From Carcharhinus longimanus (lineage: Eukaryota): DNA of 64,000 nt. Positions 24,218 to 36,293 of this stretch are shown piece after piece. Within the stretch, counting starts at the first letter, position 1. Each line of letters opens with the position of its first letter. A program made the position numbers and the translations under genes. The stretch is taken from contig JASCQW010000137.1 in NCBI GenBank assembly GCA_030264375.1, forward strand, positions 22,324,920-22,388,919, written 5' to 3'. A model generated the notes under the pieces. The model saw only the letters and a list, made by a program, of their open reading frames with translations, did not search any database and was not told the DNA's origin.

Positions 24218-25565
24218 GAGGGGGTGGGTGGGGAATCTCTCTTTGGTAATGGTGTGAATTTATTGCTGTGACTGACTTCCAGGTATGTTTGGGCAACTCA
24301 CGTAAAAATGTGGACAGGTTTTGGGCATAAAACTAATGAAATGCGAAAGGACCTCAGGATGAAAAGCTGTTCCTTTGGCCCTCATGAATGCATCAATGCA
24401 TTTGCTAAAATCATTCAAGGGACCTCAGATGAATCTTGTGTTTCTCTCTCAACCTCTATAATGTGCATCTAACTGTGGTGAATATTTCAACTTGAGCTGC
24501 TCCTCTTTGCTGCAGCACTTGTCAATATTGAATAATTGATATTGCCTGAAATGCTGAATGTCTGCATTCAACATGACAATTATTGTACATTCTCTGTTTA
24601 GATCTGTGTTCTTGCAGTGCTTAGAATGCTAATTATTCTTAACCTTTAGAATACAAGATGCACTGTTCGTCACTGGGACAAACCTTCCGGAAGCAATACA
24701 GTGAGGAACGTTTGTAATTTCTTTAAAATGTCAGTGGAATCTGTAACTGTTTTTAAGAATGTTTGAAAAGGACTTTTTAAGAGTTTGTATCACTTGTAAA
24801 AAGATTAATTGTAATTTTGGGTAACAAGAAATACCAGTCCACGTGACTTGGTGCCCTTGATGTGGAAGCAGTAGCAACAGGAAGGAATTTTAAGGCCAGA
24901 AACCATGAGGGTGGTTGACATAAAGGAGAGCTGGAGGCAGAAGGCGACCAGTATACATACTGCAGACACGAAGGAATGCTGCAGCAGTTAACAAACTCCT
25001 GGTGTGTTAAGGAGCAAGTCAAACTTTCTCCAAAAAGATCAGTGTTTGGTTTGACAGCAATAAGAGAAATAGAATTCCAGAACCTATTGGGGAAGCAGTA
25101 CATGACCAAGCTAAAAGAGACAGAATCAAAATCGGTACAAATAGCTCAGGCATGTGAAAGAGATGATAATGTGTATCAGAGGATCAGACTATGAGCTGGG
25201 TATTGTTGATTGGTCAGTTAAACAGACTCTGGAAGTCTATGTTTCTGAACTGACATGAGCAGAAGACATGGGGAGCTTCATGCCTTCCTACTGTCACAAC
25301 AAGTGAGGAAAATTTCATAGATATGTGCCCTTGTAGGTGTTAACCATATCAAGGGACTTTGGATGGAATGCAACTGCCAGTGAATGTGATTTGAGGACTG
25401 AATGAGTTGGACTGTGAGAGAAGTTATGTATCAGAAGCTGAGTTAGAAAGAATGTGAGGTTGCACAAGGTGTCATATATGTACAGGAAATGATGCAAGCG
25501 CTAATGGTTGCTTAAATTGTATATTTGTTTTATTGACTATTTAAATGAAATTTGCCTTATCAATT

Positions 25566-25976
25566 ATCTGGAGCATAGAAGGCTGAGGGGCAATCTTATA
25601 GAGGTCATCTATAAACTAATGAGGGGCATAGAACAGCTAGATAGTCAATATCTTGTCCCAAAGGTAGGGGAGTCTAACACTAGAGGGCATAGGTTTAAGG
25701 TGAGAGGGGAGAGATACAAAAGTGTCCAGAGGGGCAATTTTTTCACTCAGAGGGTGGTGAGTGGCTGGAACAAACTGCCAGAGGTAGTAGTGGAGGCAGG
25801 TACAATTTTGTCTTTTAAAAAGCATTGAGACAGATACATGAGTAAGATCGGTATAAGGGGATATGGACCAAATGCGGGCAATTAGGATTAGCTTCAGGGT
25901 TTTAAAAAAAGAGTGGCAAGTTGGGCCAAAGGGCCTGTTTCCATGCTGTTAATCTCTATTACTCTATGACTCTATC
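25566..25976 (+). mobile_element. CR1 LINE 3' end (ORF2 C-terminus + UTR)
   Basis: LEHRRLRGNLIEV..KLMRG...TRGHRFKVRGERY...NFFTQRVVSGWNKLP, then a (CTCTATGA)n tail. Confidence 0.9.
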
Positions 25977-26552
25977 TGTTATTCATATGTAGTTTGCATT
26001 GATTCTGTTTCGTGGTTAAATAAAACTTACAAAAGTGGAATGTTGTTGGTAATTTCAATCAGTAAACTTAAGTCATTTTGGTTTACAGTTCTCCACAGGA
26101 GTTCTAACACCATAAAAGATGCAGAAGAAAATATTTTCTATCAATTTCTTAGACTTTCTGAAAAGTCTAATGCTTTGCCACCTCAGCATTCTTGAGTTTA
26201 AAATGAAGCATGTTATTTTGACAGGTTGAATTAGAGAAATGCACAGAGTGGTTGTTGGTTAATGGTATTCTCTGAATAAGTCAACACATTTCAGTATTTA
26301 TTTATTTTAGCTGAGTTACGTTGCTGCTGCCGTCACAGTATTAATGTCTGATTTCCCAAGGTATTGCAGTAGAAAAATTAGCACTGGGGAGAAATTTTCC
26401 TTACGAGATTTGTGTTTAATAAATATTGCTCTCATACATATAAATGTGCTAGTTGAGCCCTGTTTATTTAGCCCCCCAAAAAACTGGGTGCATATGGAGA
26501 TAGCCAGTGAGTACAATTTCCGTCTGTATCCTCACTAAACCTGAGGCAAGCT

Positions 26553-27037
26553 GATTTGATTTAATTTAATTTATTATTGTCAAATGTATTAACATACCGT
26601 GAAAAGTATTGTTTCTTGCACACTATGCAGCAAAACATACCATTCATAGAGAAAGAAATGTAATGTTATAGTCATAACTAGTAGAGAAAGATCAACTTAA
26701 TGCAAGGTAGGTCCATTCAAAAGTCTGATGGCAGCAAGGAAGAAGCTGTTCTTGAGTCAGTTGGTACATGACCACAGACTTTTGTATCTTTTTCCCGATG
26801 GAAGCAGGCAGAAGAGAGAGAATATCCTGACTGCATGGGGTCCTTAATTATGCTGGCTGCTTTGCCGAGGCAGCAGGAAGTGTAGACAGGGTCAATGGAT
26901 GGGAGGCTGCTTTGCGTGATAGACTGGGCCAGGTTCACCATTCTTTGTAATTTCTTGCAGTCTTGGGCAGAGCAGGAGCCTTACCAAACTGTGATATAAC
27001 CAGAAAGAATGGTTTCTATGGTGCATCTGTAAAAGTT
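26553..27037 (-). mobile_element. Rex1/Babar LINE 3' fragment
   Basis: The minus strand encodes AQSITQSSLPSIDPVYTSCCLGKAASIIKDP. The 3'UTR is homologous to 21296. Confidence 0.8.
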
Positions 27038-27307
27038 GACTTTGTCATATGATGATATTATGCATAGTTGAACACATCAGTGCTGCTGTGACCCACCTAC
27101 CAGTTACCACTGTGATTGTTTACTTTTAGTAAGAAGCTGAATAGGTTCCAAATAGCACACTGGCTGCATCCCCAAAGAACCTGTTGCCTTCCATCATGCT
27201 TGAGTCCCTCAGATGAGCCAATGAGCATCATGACAATGCAGTTACTTGGCTTTTCTTTACAACCAAGAAATAAATTTTTTCATAGATGGAAGAGTATGTT
27301 TTTAAAG

Positions 27308-27684
27308 TAGAATAATAGAATCATACAGTGCAGAAGAAGCCCTTCGGCCCATTGAGTTCACACTGACACATTAGAAACACTCTGACTTAATCCCATCTGC
27401 GAGCACTTGGCCCATAGCCTTCAATGTTATGATGTGCCAAGTGTTCATTCAGCCATTTTTAAAACATGTGAGGCAACCTGCCTCTACCACCCTCCCAGGC
27501 AGCACATTTCAGCCATCACCACTCTGGGTAAAAAAGTTTTTTCCTCACATTCCCCTAAATCTCCTGCCCTTCACCTTGAACCTATATCCCCTTGTGAGTG
27601 ACCTTTCAAGGGGAACAGCTGCTCCTTGTCCATTCTGTTCATATCTCTCGTTATCTTGTACCCCTCAATCAGGTCACCCCTCAG
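27308..27684 (-). mobile_element. CR1 (HER1-like) LINE 3' end
   Basis: The tail TAGAATCATACAGTGCAGAAGAAGCCCTTCGGCCCA is shared with HE1 SINE tails. The minus strand encodes LRGDLIEGYKI. Confidence 0.85.
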
Positions 27685-30250
27685 AAGCGAGTGTGACCGA
27701 CTCTGTGTGGGAATGACAGCATGTATGAGTGAAAATGAGAATATGAGTGCAGGTGAGTGTGTTAGAATGTGTGCAAGAGACGAGCTGTGGGGATGACTGT
27801 GAGTCTGCCTTTCACTCAGTCTCCGGTTTCTTAATCTCTCACCACCATACCCATACATATGTATACTCAGTGACTCACATACAGTAACCCTTTCGCATGC
27901 TGGTCAGGTTTATTACTTACTTTTTTTTGACTTAACAATTTATTGCTCTTGCATTGGCTTTTTTTCACCCAGAAACCCCAACTTTTCTTTCCTTAAAACC
28001 CCAACTTTTTTTAAAATTCAGTTTATTGTTCTGCAAAATTTTACCTTTCTGAAGTTTTCTCAATGTCCTCTTGAGTTAGGATTATATGCAAATATGCCAC
28101 CCCACCCTCTCTTCCCCAAGTGAAAAGGTTTGATGAGCTTGAACTCGAGGGATTAATTTCTGTTGACCTGAGATTTTTCCATGGATGAAATGAGGCAAGA
28201 TTGTAAGATTTCTCATTTTATGAGGGTTGAACTTTATGAACAGCGTAAGTCAGTTGCATGCTAACTGGATTTTTTACTGAGTGTAGCAATTTGTCATTGC
28301 AATGGATCAGTTTTCTCCTTGTGTTACTGTGAAGAGAAAGGTGATAAATAATTTGAGTCAAGATATTATTGCATGTTTTTTCAACATGTGCACATCCAAA
28401 TTATTAAAGTGGGTCCATGTGTAAAGCACGTGTATAAAGAACATGTATGCAACATATCTGTGCATGTTATAATAGGCTAAATGTATGTTCATTTCTAACA
28501 TCAATACACTATTGGATTGACACTAGGTGGTGTTCAAGAGACTACTAATTGATAAATTTGCTACTATATGCTAGTTAAAGCCTTCAGATTAATAGATCAC
28601 GGCTGGTGGTTTGATCAGAATTGATTCAATTAATATCAAATTAAATTAATAAAGTGGATATTTAAGTATATGTAAAGGTCAATGGTAGCAATGTTGAAAG
28701 TTATGTAACACTCCTTTCAATCAGATGTACCCATACGAAGAACCTGCTTTCAAGCTCTCTTTGTAAGTTCTTTTCCCTCTGATTTTTTTTCTCTCTGGCA
28801 CAGATGGGTGGCTGAACAGCTGTTTGAGAATTCTGAGGATTAGTGGCAGAGACTTTGGAGAGGGTTGGCTTAAGCTGCCTTGCGCCTGTCACTGTTCTAA
28901 AGCACTGCGCCTCTATTCCTGTGTGTAGGCGGAATGCATAGCAACTGACAAATACCTCCTTTGGCCTCTGAAGTATGAAGTCAAACAGCACTGTTGGGGA
29001 GTGGGGCCATTGCTTTGACTCAATCAAGTAAACTTCAATTCAAGCATGTTTTCCCACTGAGGGTTAAAGTGGTTTTGCGGAGGATTTTAAGCACAGGTGT
29101 GTGAACCCTCGCTGAGGGAAGGTAGACTCTTGTGATACTGGGAATTTCTTGCTTGGAAAAATGCAATTGTTCAACAAAAAAGCAGCACCTGCATGCATCT
29201 GGTGATATAGTAATCTGTTTCATCATAGCAAAGGGGAAGTTTTATAGGTTCAATCTGCAGGCAATTCTATGGAAAGTATTATTTGTGAAGATCTTGAGCT
29301 GGATTTACATTTGTATAACAGTTTGTTCCTGGGAAAATTCAAAACAGATCCACTTTGCATAAAAGTATAATCAAATGGCTTTTAGTATTGTTGACAGGAA
29401 ATAATTTCTGAACGAGCAGGCTGAATGTGCCCCTCAAGGCACAATCAGGGTAATTGCATTAAACAATATGATACTAAATTTGATCTTAATGTGTGTGTTG
29501 GTCTGGTTAATATTAGTAATTTAATACAGTTTTTTTTTGACACTTATCCTATCTAGGACAAGTTTTTTTTCTTTTTGGCAACATAGGGCTAGGATTTTAT
29601 GCTTAAGAAAATGGCACATTGACAGTTCAGATGGAGGGAGGAAGGGCCGATGCTGTAAAATTGCGTAAGATAGTGTCAGGTTTATCCCCTTTTCACCGAG
29701 CCCCATGGGTTAACACTTGTGTTTTCAAATTCCGCAATTGAGTGGCACCTGAGATCCTTCCCCATGTAATGGTAAGGACATAGGTGATATGGGGAGTTGG
29801 AATCTCAGCAGCTTTTAAAGGATAAGTGACAACAGGTTCAGCTCAAAAGCCATGCAGTGAGGCTTTTCCCTTTTGTTTGTTTAAAGGAGTTGGATAACCA
29901 TTGATTTAAGGTCAAGGCCTCCTTGATAAGATAGTGCCTCTGGCAGGAGAGATGGTCTGAGTGGGTTGGGGAGCATTGCAGCAACTACTGGCAGCTTGGC
30001 CCAGGTGTCATATTCTGTGCTACAATGTCAGGAGATTTTAGAATTTGTTAGGAACAAAAGGCACTTATTGATGAGTGAAACTTGGGACAGGAGGTTTGTG
30101 GCTCAGGGAGCGCAAGTCCTTAGAAGCTTACAACTTGTAGATGATTCCAGCTTTATTGTTTGCTCATAATTTATTATAAACCTTTCAAGGAATTTTTCAT
30201 TACAATGCAAAAGGAAGAGATGCGACTGATTCTTGCTTTCAGCCAGTCAT

Positions 30251-30547
30251 TTAGTCATAGAGGTTTACAGCATGGAAACAGGTTCTTGAGTCCAATTTGT
30301 CCATNNNNNNNNNNNNNNNNNNNNNNNNNNNNNNNNNNNNNNNNNNNNNNNNNNNNNNNNNNNNNNNNNNNNNNNNNNNNNNNNNNNNNNNNNNNNNNNN
30401 NNNNNNNNNNNNNNNNNNNNNNNNNNNNNNNNNNNNNNNNNNNCCGTTCTAGACATTCACTACCTTCTGTGTGGAAAAAATTGCCCCTCTGGACCCTTTT
30501 GTATCTCTCCCATCTCACCTTAAACCTATTGCTCTAGTTTTAGACTA
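30251..30547 (-). mobile_element. CR1 LINE 3' end spanning a gap
   Basis: The minus strand encodes RWERYKRVQRGNFF. Same subfamily as 25566. Confidence 0.8.
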
Positions 30548-31895
30548 GAGTCATTTTGGAGTCTTTTGAGGCCCCTTTCCTGGTGTCTTTCATTGCCCAC
30601 TGGAGGTCTTTCAGTACCCCCATCTTAGAGGACTTTTACTGCCTACTCTGAATCTGGAATTGCCTCTTGCTTGCAGGCAGGCTGCTCTGAGCTCCAGAAT
30701 TGTCCTTTCTTGAGGTCTGAATTTCTTCCTTTATGACATTGCATTGCCTGTTTCTTGAGTCTTAATTTGCTTCGTGAGATCTCGGTTACAGACTTGCTTT
30801 TTAAGAGTTGTCCTCACCTGGAAGTCTTCTCTGATTTACCTGCCCCTTGTCCTTTGTTCCGTCTTATGGTTGTTGCATTAAATATTGTAAAATTTTAACT
30901 TTTTTTTAATCACTTTAACATTTTCAACTACAGTTTCTCTTTGTCTGTGCTTTCCCTTCGCTTTTGCAATTTGATGGGAAAGTACAGCTCCTTTTTTTTG
31001 TTGGACCCTTTGTAAACTGTGTAATTTCTCTTTTTAGCTGGTGAAAGACTTCTATAATGATTCTGCAGCTTTTATTTCTTTTGGCTGGCTGGAGAGTCAG
31101 TTTTTCTCTCCTTCTACTGATGCCTTTTTTTGTTAATTTCACTTAGTTGGAGCTGTCCATTTCAGGACCATCATCTTCTTTTAACCTTGAAACTTATTTT
31201 CTGTTTTAGCAGTTGAAGGACATCTCTACTCCAAAAAACTTCAGAACTTCTCTGCTGGAAGTCCCCCAATGCAGGGATCTCTGTTTGGACACCCTGCAGA
31301 TTCTCTTCAGGTAGAGAGAGCTGCATATCTCAACATTTCACTCTCCCGTGCCTTTGGAACAAGCTTTGCACTTCCCTGTGACTTTTCTCTCCTTACTTCT
31401 GAACTTGTTTAACTGCAGCCAATATCTTCTTTTTTATTAAAGAAAAACATTCTTCTCAGATTTTTCTCTTCTAAATCTTAAAGAGAGCTTTCTTCTAGCT
31501 GGGTATACCTTCCTTTTATTTCAAACTCCTGTCCTTTTTTTCTTTAACTCAGATTTCACTTTCCTTGCTCCTGATGGCTAATCTCTCATCAATTTCCAAA
31601 TGTCTTTACTTGTCAGCCACGTCAGGTTTGGTTATGTTGACTGCCCCTCTGGGTCTGGCACGAGCTCAGCAACCCTCGCTATACCTATTCGCTGAGTCGA
31701 TTCACTGTAGACGCATCCCTCTTCTTGAACTACAATTAAACCGCGTTTTCGCAGTCTGTGTTTTCCACCTTGTCACCAATATGTTATATTGTGTCATTCT
31801 CGCATTATTAAGAGATTTCAGAATTTATTAGGATCAAAAGTTATTTATTGATGAGCAGAGCAGCAATCCTTATATATTTACAACATGGCTTCTAA

Positions 31896-32125
31896 ATGAT
31901 TCTGCCCGAGACAGAGCTTCTCGATGATGGAGGAGGTGAGCTTTGGTTGTATTGGACATCATCCAATGCTGGTGGCTGCCAACTTCTTGACCCTGAATTT
32001 CTATGCCTCAGGTTCATTCCAGGGGTTGACTGGAGATCAGTGCTGCACCTTCCAATTAGTCAAATATCACTTTATGAAGGTGGTAGCAGATGCCTTCTTT
32101 AGGAGCACCAAGCAGTACATGAATG
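31896..32125 (+). pseudogene. PIF/Harbinger (HARBI1-like) transposase relic, HTH region
   Basis: GHHPMLVA..LNFYASGSFQGLTGDQC....V.YHFMKVVADAFFR matches the Harbinger motif ALNFYASGSFQ..GD..GISQ..H..IK.V.DALF. Confidence 0.75.
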
Positions 32126-32136
32126 AATAAACTGCG

Positions 32137-32306
32137 TCAGTTTTCTCCCATAGCCCAAAGATGTGGACTGGCCATGCTAAATTGCCCCTTAGTGTCAGGG
32201 GGACTAGCTAGGGAAAATGTATGGGGATAGGGCCTGTGTGGAATTGTGGTCAGGACAGACTTGATGGGTCAAATGACCTCCTCCTGCACTGTAGAATTCT
32301 ATGATT
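32137..32306 (+). mobile_element. HE1-type V-SINE, 3' half
   Basis: GGCCATGCTAAATTGCCCCTTAGTGTC...CTGCACTGTAGAATTCTATGATT. Confidence 0.85.
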
Positions 32307-32324
32307 TACAACATTTTGTTTTAG

Positions 32325-32542
32325 GTTTTCTAAGTACAAGCTGGAGTACAGTCTGTACCCTGCTTATTGCAAACAGCCGGAGAAACATGTTGTTCGATTT
32401 GCTCAGACAATTGTTGGGATGTATGACCTACCCGCCAGGCATCGAAATGGCACTGAAATTCATACACCATGTTGTTCAATTTTGTGGCAGGTGGAATGTC
32501 TTTTTGGAGAGACGGCATCATTCTAGTGATGGAAAATAACAC
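32325..32542 (-). pseudogene. Penelope-like element GIY-YIG endonuclease relic
   Basis: KDIPPATKLNNMVYEFQCHFDAWRVGHTSQQLSEQIEQHV matches the Penelope pattern NVVY.F.C.C...YVG.T...L..RI.QH. Confidence 0.8.
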
Positions 32543-33559
32543 ACTCAGGTCATCACTGTGTTGTTGTGATCATTTGAAAGTTGGCTTTTGTGCATTTGTT
32601 TTGCTGAGTGCAACACAAACAGCTTTGATCAACAACATGTCGGTTATCAGCATTATTCAATTTCTGTACCACCAAGCAACTATTTATGAATTTGCTTCAT
32701 TCATGATAGCTGAATGGGAAATTTAAATGTCAGAAATAAACATCTCTTTATGCAACTGTGCAGCGTATAATTTGAACTATAATCTGTCAAAGTAAAACAA
32801 CTTAGTGGAAAGAAAAGACCCTTGTGTTAATTACAGCACTCCAAGTTTGTAAGCTCCAGCCAGATAAGCTATATTTATGAGAAAGAACAGAACAGTGTTT
32901 GTAACTCTTTCAGAATGATCTGGGTAAACCTTGTACTATGAGTGATAGCTTAATTAAATAGCCTTTTAAAAAGAAATCAAGGGTTGGCTCCCAAAAGCTT
33001 TCAAATGAACTTTGAACATAAAAGCATGAAAGAGACCCATCAAAATTAAATATTTGTACATTTACTATCCTATCAGGCTGCTCGACAGTGCCTGAGTGTA
33101 GATTGTTGATTAAAGCCACAATATTCCAGATGTAATGTTCAATGAAACTGGAACAAAACACAACTGATTTCATGACCATGTAGGATTTAGTTCCTCTGCA
33201 AATTTCAGCCATCTCCATACCAAAATACAAGACTCTACTTGAAGTTTGCAGTACACATAAACTGAAAACTTGAGTATCAGATCTCCTCAATATAATGTTA
33301 TGCTGTAATTATGATCAGAACATTAACAAGATACATTGTACACTTTATTAAATAGCCCTTATCATATTTAAGGGGAGATGTGGGTGCAGATGGCAACACT
33401 TGACATTCTTTCCAGGAATTATTGATTTGCAGCACTTCCACTTTGGGGTGGTACTGGAACATTGCAAATTGTTTGGTGCCACAAACACTGTTCCAGGACT
33501 CTCCTGGTATTTTCCCAACATAGCAAGATTTGCACCTGGCACAACATGTCTGGAGAATC

Positions 33560-33700
33560 ATCCCAAATCTTTCCTCATGGCACCTCTGGTAGTTTTAATA
33601 ATTACCTTAAATCTGTGCTCTCTGGTTACAGACCCTTTGCCACAGGATATAATTACTCCTTGTTTATTCTGCCACATCCTTTGATAATCTGCCTTGTTTT
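33560..33700 (-). mobile_element. Old CR1 fragment
   Basis: CCTTAAATCTGTGCTCTCTGGTT corresponds to a TRGH..K-like motif on the minus strand. Confidence 0.5.
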
Positions 33701-33849
33701 CAAATATTTTCCTTCCTTTTCCTCCAATTTCTCCCCTTCCAAACTTATCATTTGAATTTATATCATTTCACGGGCAAGCGTATCTTGTCCATGTGGATAT
33801 GCAATCAGTAATGAAGAGCCAGCAGCTTTTTCTACGAAGAGGTTTGGGG

Positions 33850-34091
33850 AATAAGGGACAAATCAAAGATGAAGCCTCATCTTGCCCCTTCAATTTCAAT
33901 ATAAACACACACACATTTCCGCTCCTGGTTACTGAATATTGATCAGTTGAAACCATGTTCCTTCTCTTGTCCTTAACACAGGATGCCGAAACCAATTAGA
34001 GCATTCCTGCTCCCAGTTTAAACCTGCACAGGCTCGGAATTGATTCTGACTTTTCTGACCATTCAGTCACCGGTTTACCAGCTAAGGTACC
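33850..34091 (-). mobile_element. Old tRNA-derived SINE (non-HE1)
   Basis: Degenerate tRNA-like head on the minus strand at 34020-34091, with a body recognisable only as a decayed SINE-like sequence. Confidence 0.35.
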
Positions 34092-34126
34092 GTGGTAACT
34101 ATTGGATGACTTGTGTCCATCAATTT

Positions 34127-34444
34127 ATAGAATCATAGAATCACGACAGTGCAGAAGGAGGCCATTCAGCTCATCAGGCCTGTACTGACAACAATCCCAC
34201 CTAGGCCTATCCCCGTAACACCACATATTTACCCTGCTAATTCACTGACACTAACGGACAATTTAGCGTGGCCAACCCACCTAACTTGCAAATCTGTGGA
34301 CTGTGGGAGGAAACTGGAACACCCAGAGGAAACCCATGCAAATGTGAGGAGAATGTGCAAACTCCACACAGACAGTGACCTGAGGCTGGAATTGAACCCA
34401 GATCAATAGTGCTGTGAAGCAGCAGTGCTAACCACTGTGCCACT
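34127..34444 (-). mobile_element. HE1-type V-SINE (full length)
   Basis: A/B boxes, V-domain and tail as at 8318. Confidence 0.9.
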
Positions 34445-35044
34445 CTAGCGCTCATTCACACTGGATTTAAACCTAGATTTGAAGCAAATGTTTGAAACCT
34501 CTGCACCAGTTAGGTGCATTGTAATTACTGATGATTCATTAGATTTGTACATCCAATTTACGTAACCAACTCTACAGATAGAATACATTTGTACAACTTT
34601 TGTTGTGGAGAGTGATGTATGTTCTAAGGTATAATGTTCTACTTTGATAATGTCATGTTTGCAAAACGCTGCCTGAGATAGTCATTTCCACTTCCAATAT
34701 CATTTCAGCTCCTTATCTCCCAAACAGCAGTATGAGCTGTGTGCCTAATCAATAGTGAGTTTTGTGTTATCTAATCCACCATGTCAGGGGCATCTCTTTG
34801 TTTTCTTCTTCCTCGTGTCTGTAACTTCTCCTCCCTCAGCTGATCAATTTTCATGTTGTAATTAAGGTGCCGCCTGTTTTAGGTGCTCGACTTGAATGCC
34901 AGCAGAAAGCCAAACACTGAAATTGCGAAATAAGCCATTGGAAATTATTGAATTCTGGCACTCGGTAGTTTCAATTATCTTTAATATGCCGAGTACCCTG
35001 TGTGCTATTATTAAACAATGAATTTTGCACTGAATTGATGCAAC

Positions 35045-36025
35045 AACAATAAATTGAATTTAAATAGAACTTCAGTTTAAATAATTATACCAATACTTCA
35101 CAGAGACATAATTACACAAAGGTGAATGCTCAACTGTTGGAGGGACTGGGGTAGTGACCAAAAAGGTGGCAAAAGAGATGAGTTTAAGAAGAGTAATAAA
35201 GGAAAAGGGATAGAGGAATTTACTAAGAGAATTAAGCGTGCAAGTTTTCATTAGCTGAAGGCAGAGCTGCCACAAGGGAAAGCACAATGGAACATGCTGG
35301 AGTTTTGAAGGAGGTTGCAGAAGTAGGGAAGAGGGAGCCATGAAGGAATTTGAACAACAGGATTAGAATTTTGAATTGGAACTCCAGGATGAACACAAAT
35401 TATCAGAGACTGAAGTTATAGGAGAGGGAGACTAGCATAGAAAACAACAAGCATGTTTTGGATGAGTCTAATTTCCTACAGGGAAATATCTGGAAGATGA
35501 CAATTTATTTGGCCTCCATCACAAATTCAAAACCTTTGACCTTGATTGCATCACCCTGGCCATTGGTTCTGGGTGAACCTGATTGTTTATAACCTTGGCA
35601 TCTGATTCCACCCCAAGCTGAACCTCAGACACTGCACCCCAAACAGCATGGAGGATAGGAAGATGGCCAGGATTCCAAATAGAATGCTCAAGCTTGGAGC
35701 TGGCAAAGGCCCACATGAGAGTTTCAGTAGCAAACGGATCAAGGCAGGAATGGAGATGGGCTATTGCGAAGGTGAAAGTTGGACAGTAATTCAATGGAGG
35801 TTATATGGTCAGAAGCTCACCTTGAATTAGATTCCAAGGTTCTGAACCATCCAGTTCAATCTGAGATGATGTCCACGGAGCTGGTTGGAAATCATAAATG
35901 TCAAAAACAATAGCTTTGATCTGCACAATGTATACTGGAGAAAATTGAAGCTTACCCAAATGTTGGACCAATGCAGGGGTTTAAAGAGATGGTGGACAGG
36001 TTAGAATTGGAAGTCATCAGCACAC
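35045..36025 (-). mobile_element. L2 LINE fragment (3' UTR into RT)
   Basis: CAACAACAATAAATTGAATTTAAATAG tail, minus-strand LM.AF.SSKL.. segment, and GTCATCAGCA (ADD) at ~36013. Confidence 0.6.
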
Positions 36026-36026
36026 T

Positions 36027-36293
36027 TAGAACATAGAACATAGAACATAGAACATTACAGCGCAGAACAGGCCCTTCGGCCCACGATGTTGCGCCGACCA
36101 NNNNNNNNNNNNNNNNNNNNNNNNNNNNNNNNNNNNNNNNNNNNNNNNNNNNNNNNNNNNNNNNNNNNNNNNNNNNNNNNNNNNNNNNNNNNNNNNNNNN
36201 TCAGAAATGGCCACAACATCAAAGTCCCAGGTACTGATCCACGCTGCAAGTTCATCCACTTTATTGCGAATACTCCTTGCATTAAAGTACACA
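36027..36293 (-). mobile_element. Near-full-ORF2 CR1 LINE with body hidden in a gap
   Basis: (AGAACAT)n tail left of the gap. Right of the gap the minus strand encodes YFNARSIRNKVDELAAWISTWDFDVVAIS, the start of the APE endonuclease domain. Confidence 0.85.

Noticed and set aside
30560-31560. Pyrimidine-rich block with a minus-strand KLVPK motif (Penelope N-terminus?)
   Set aside because: Only a five-residue resemblance amid stops and frameshifts, which is insufficient.
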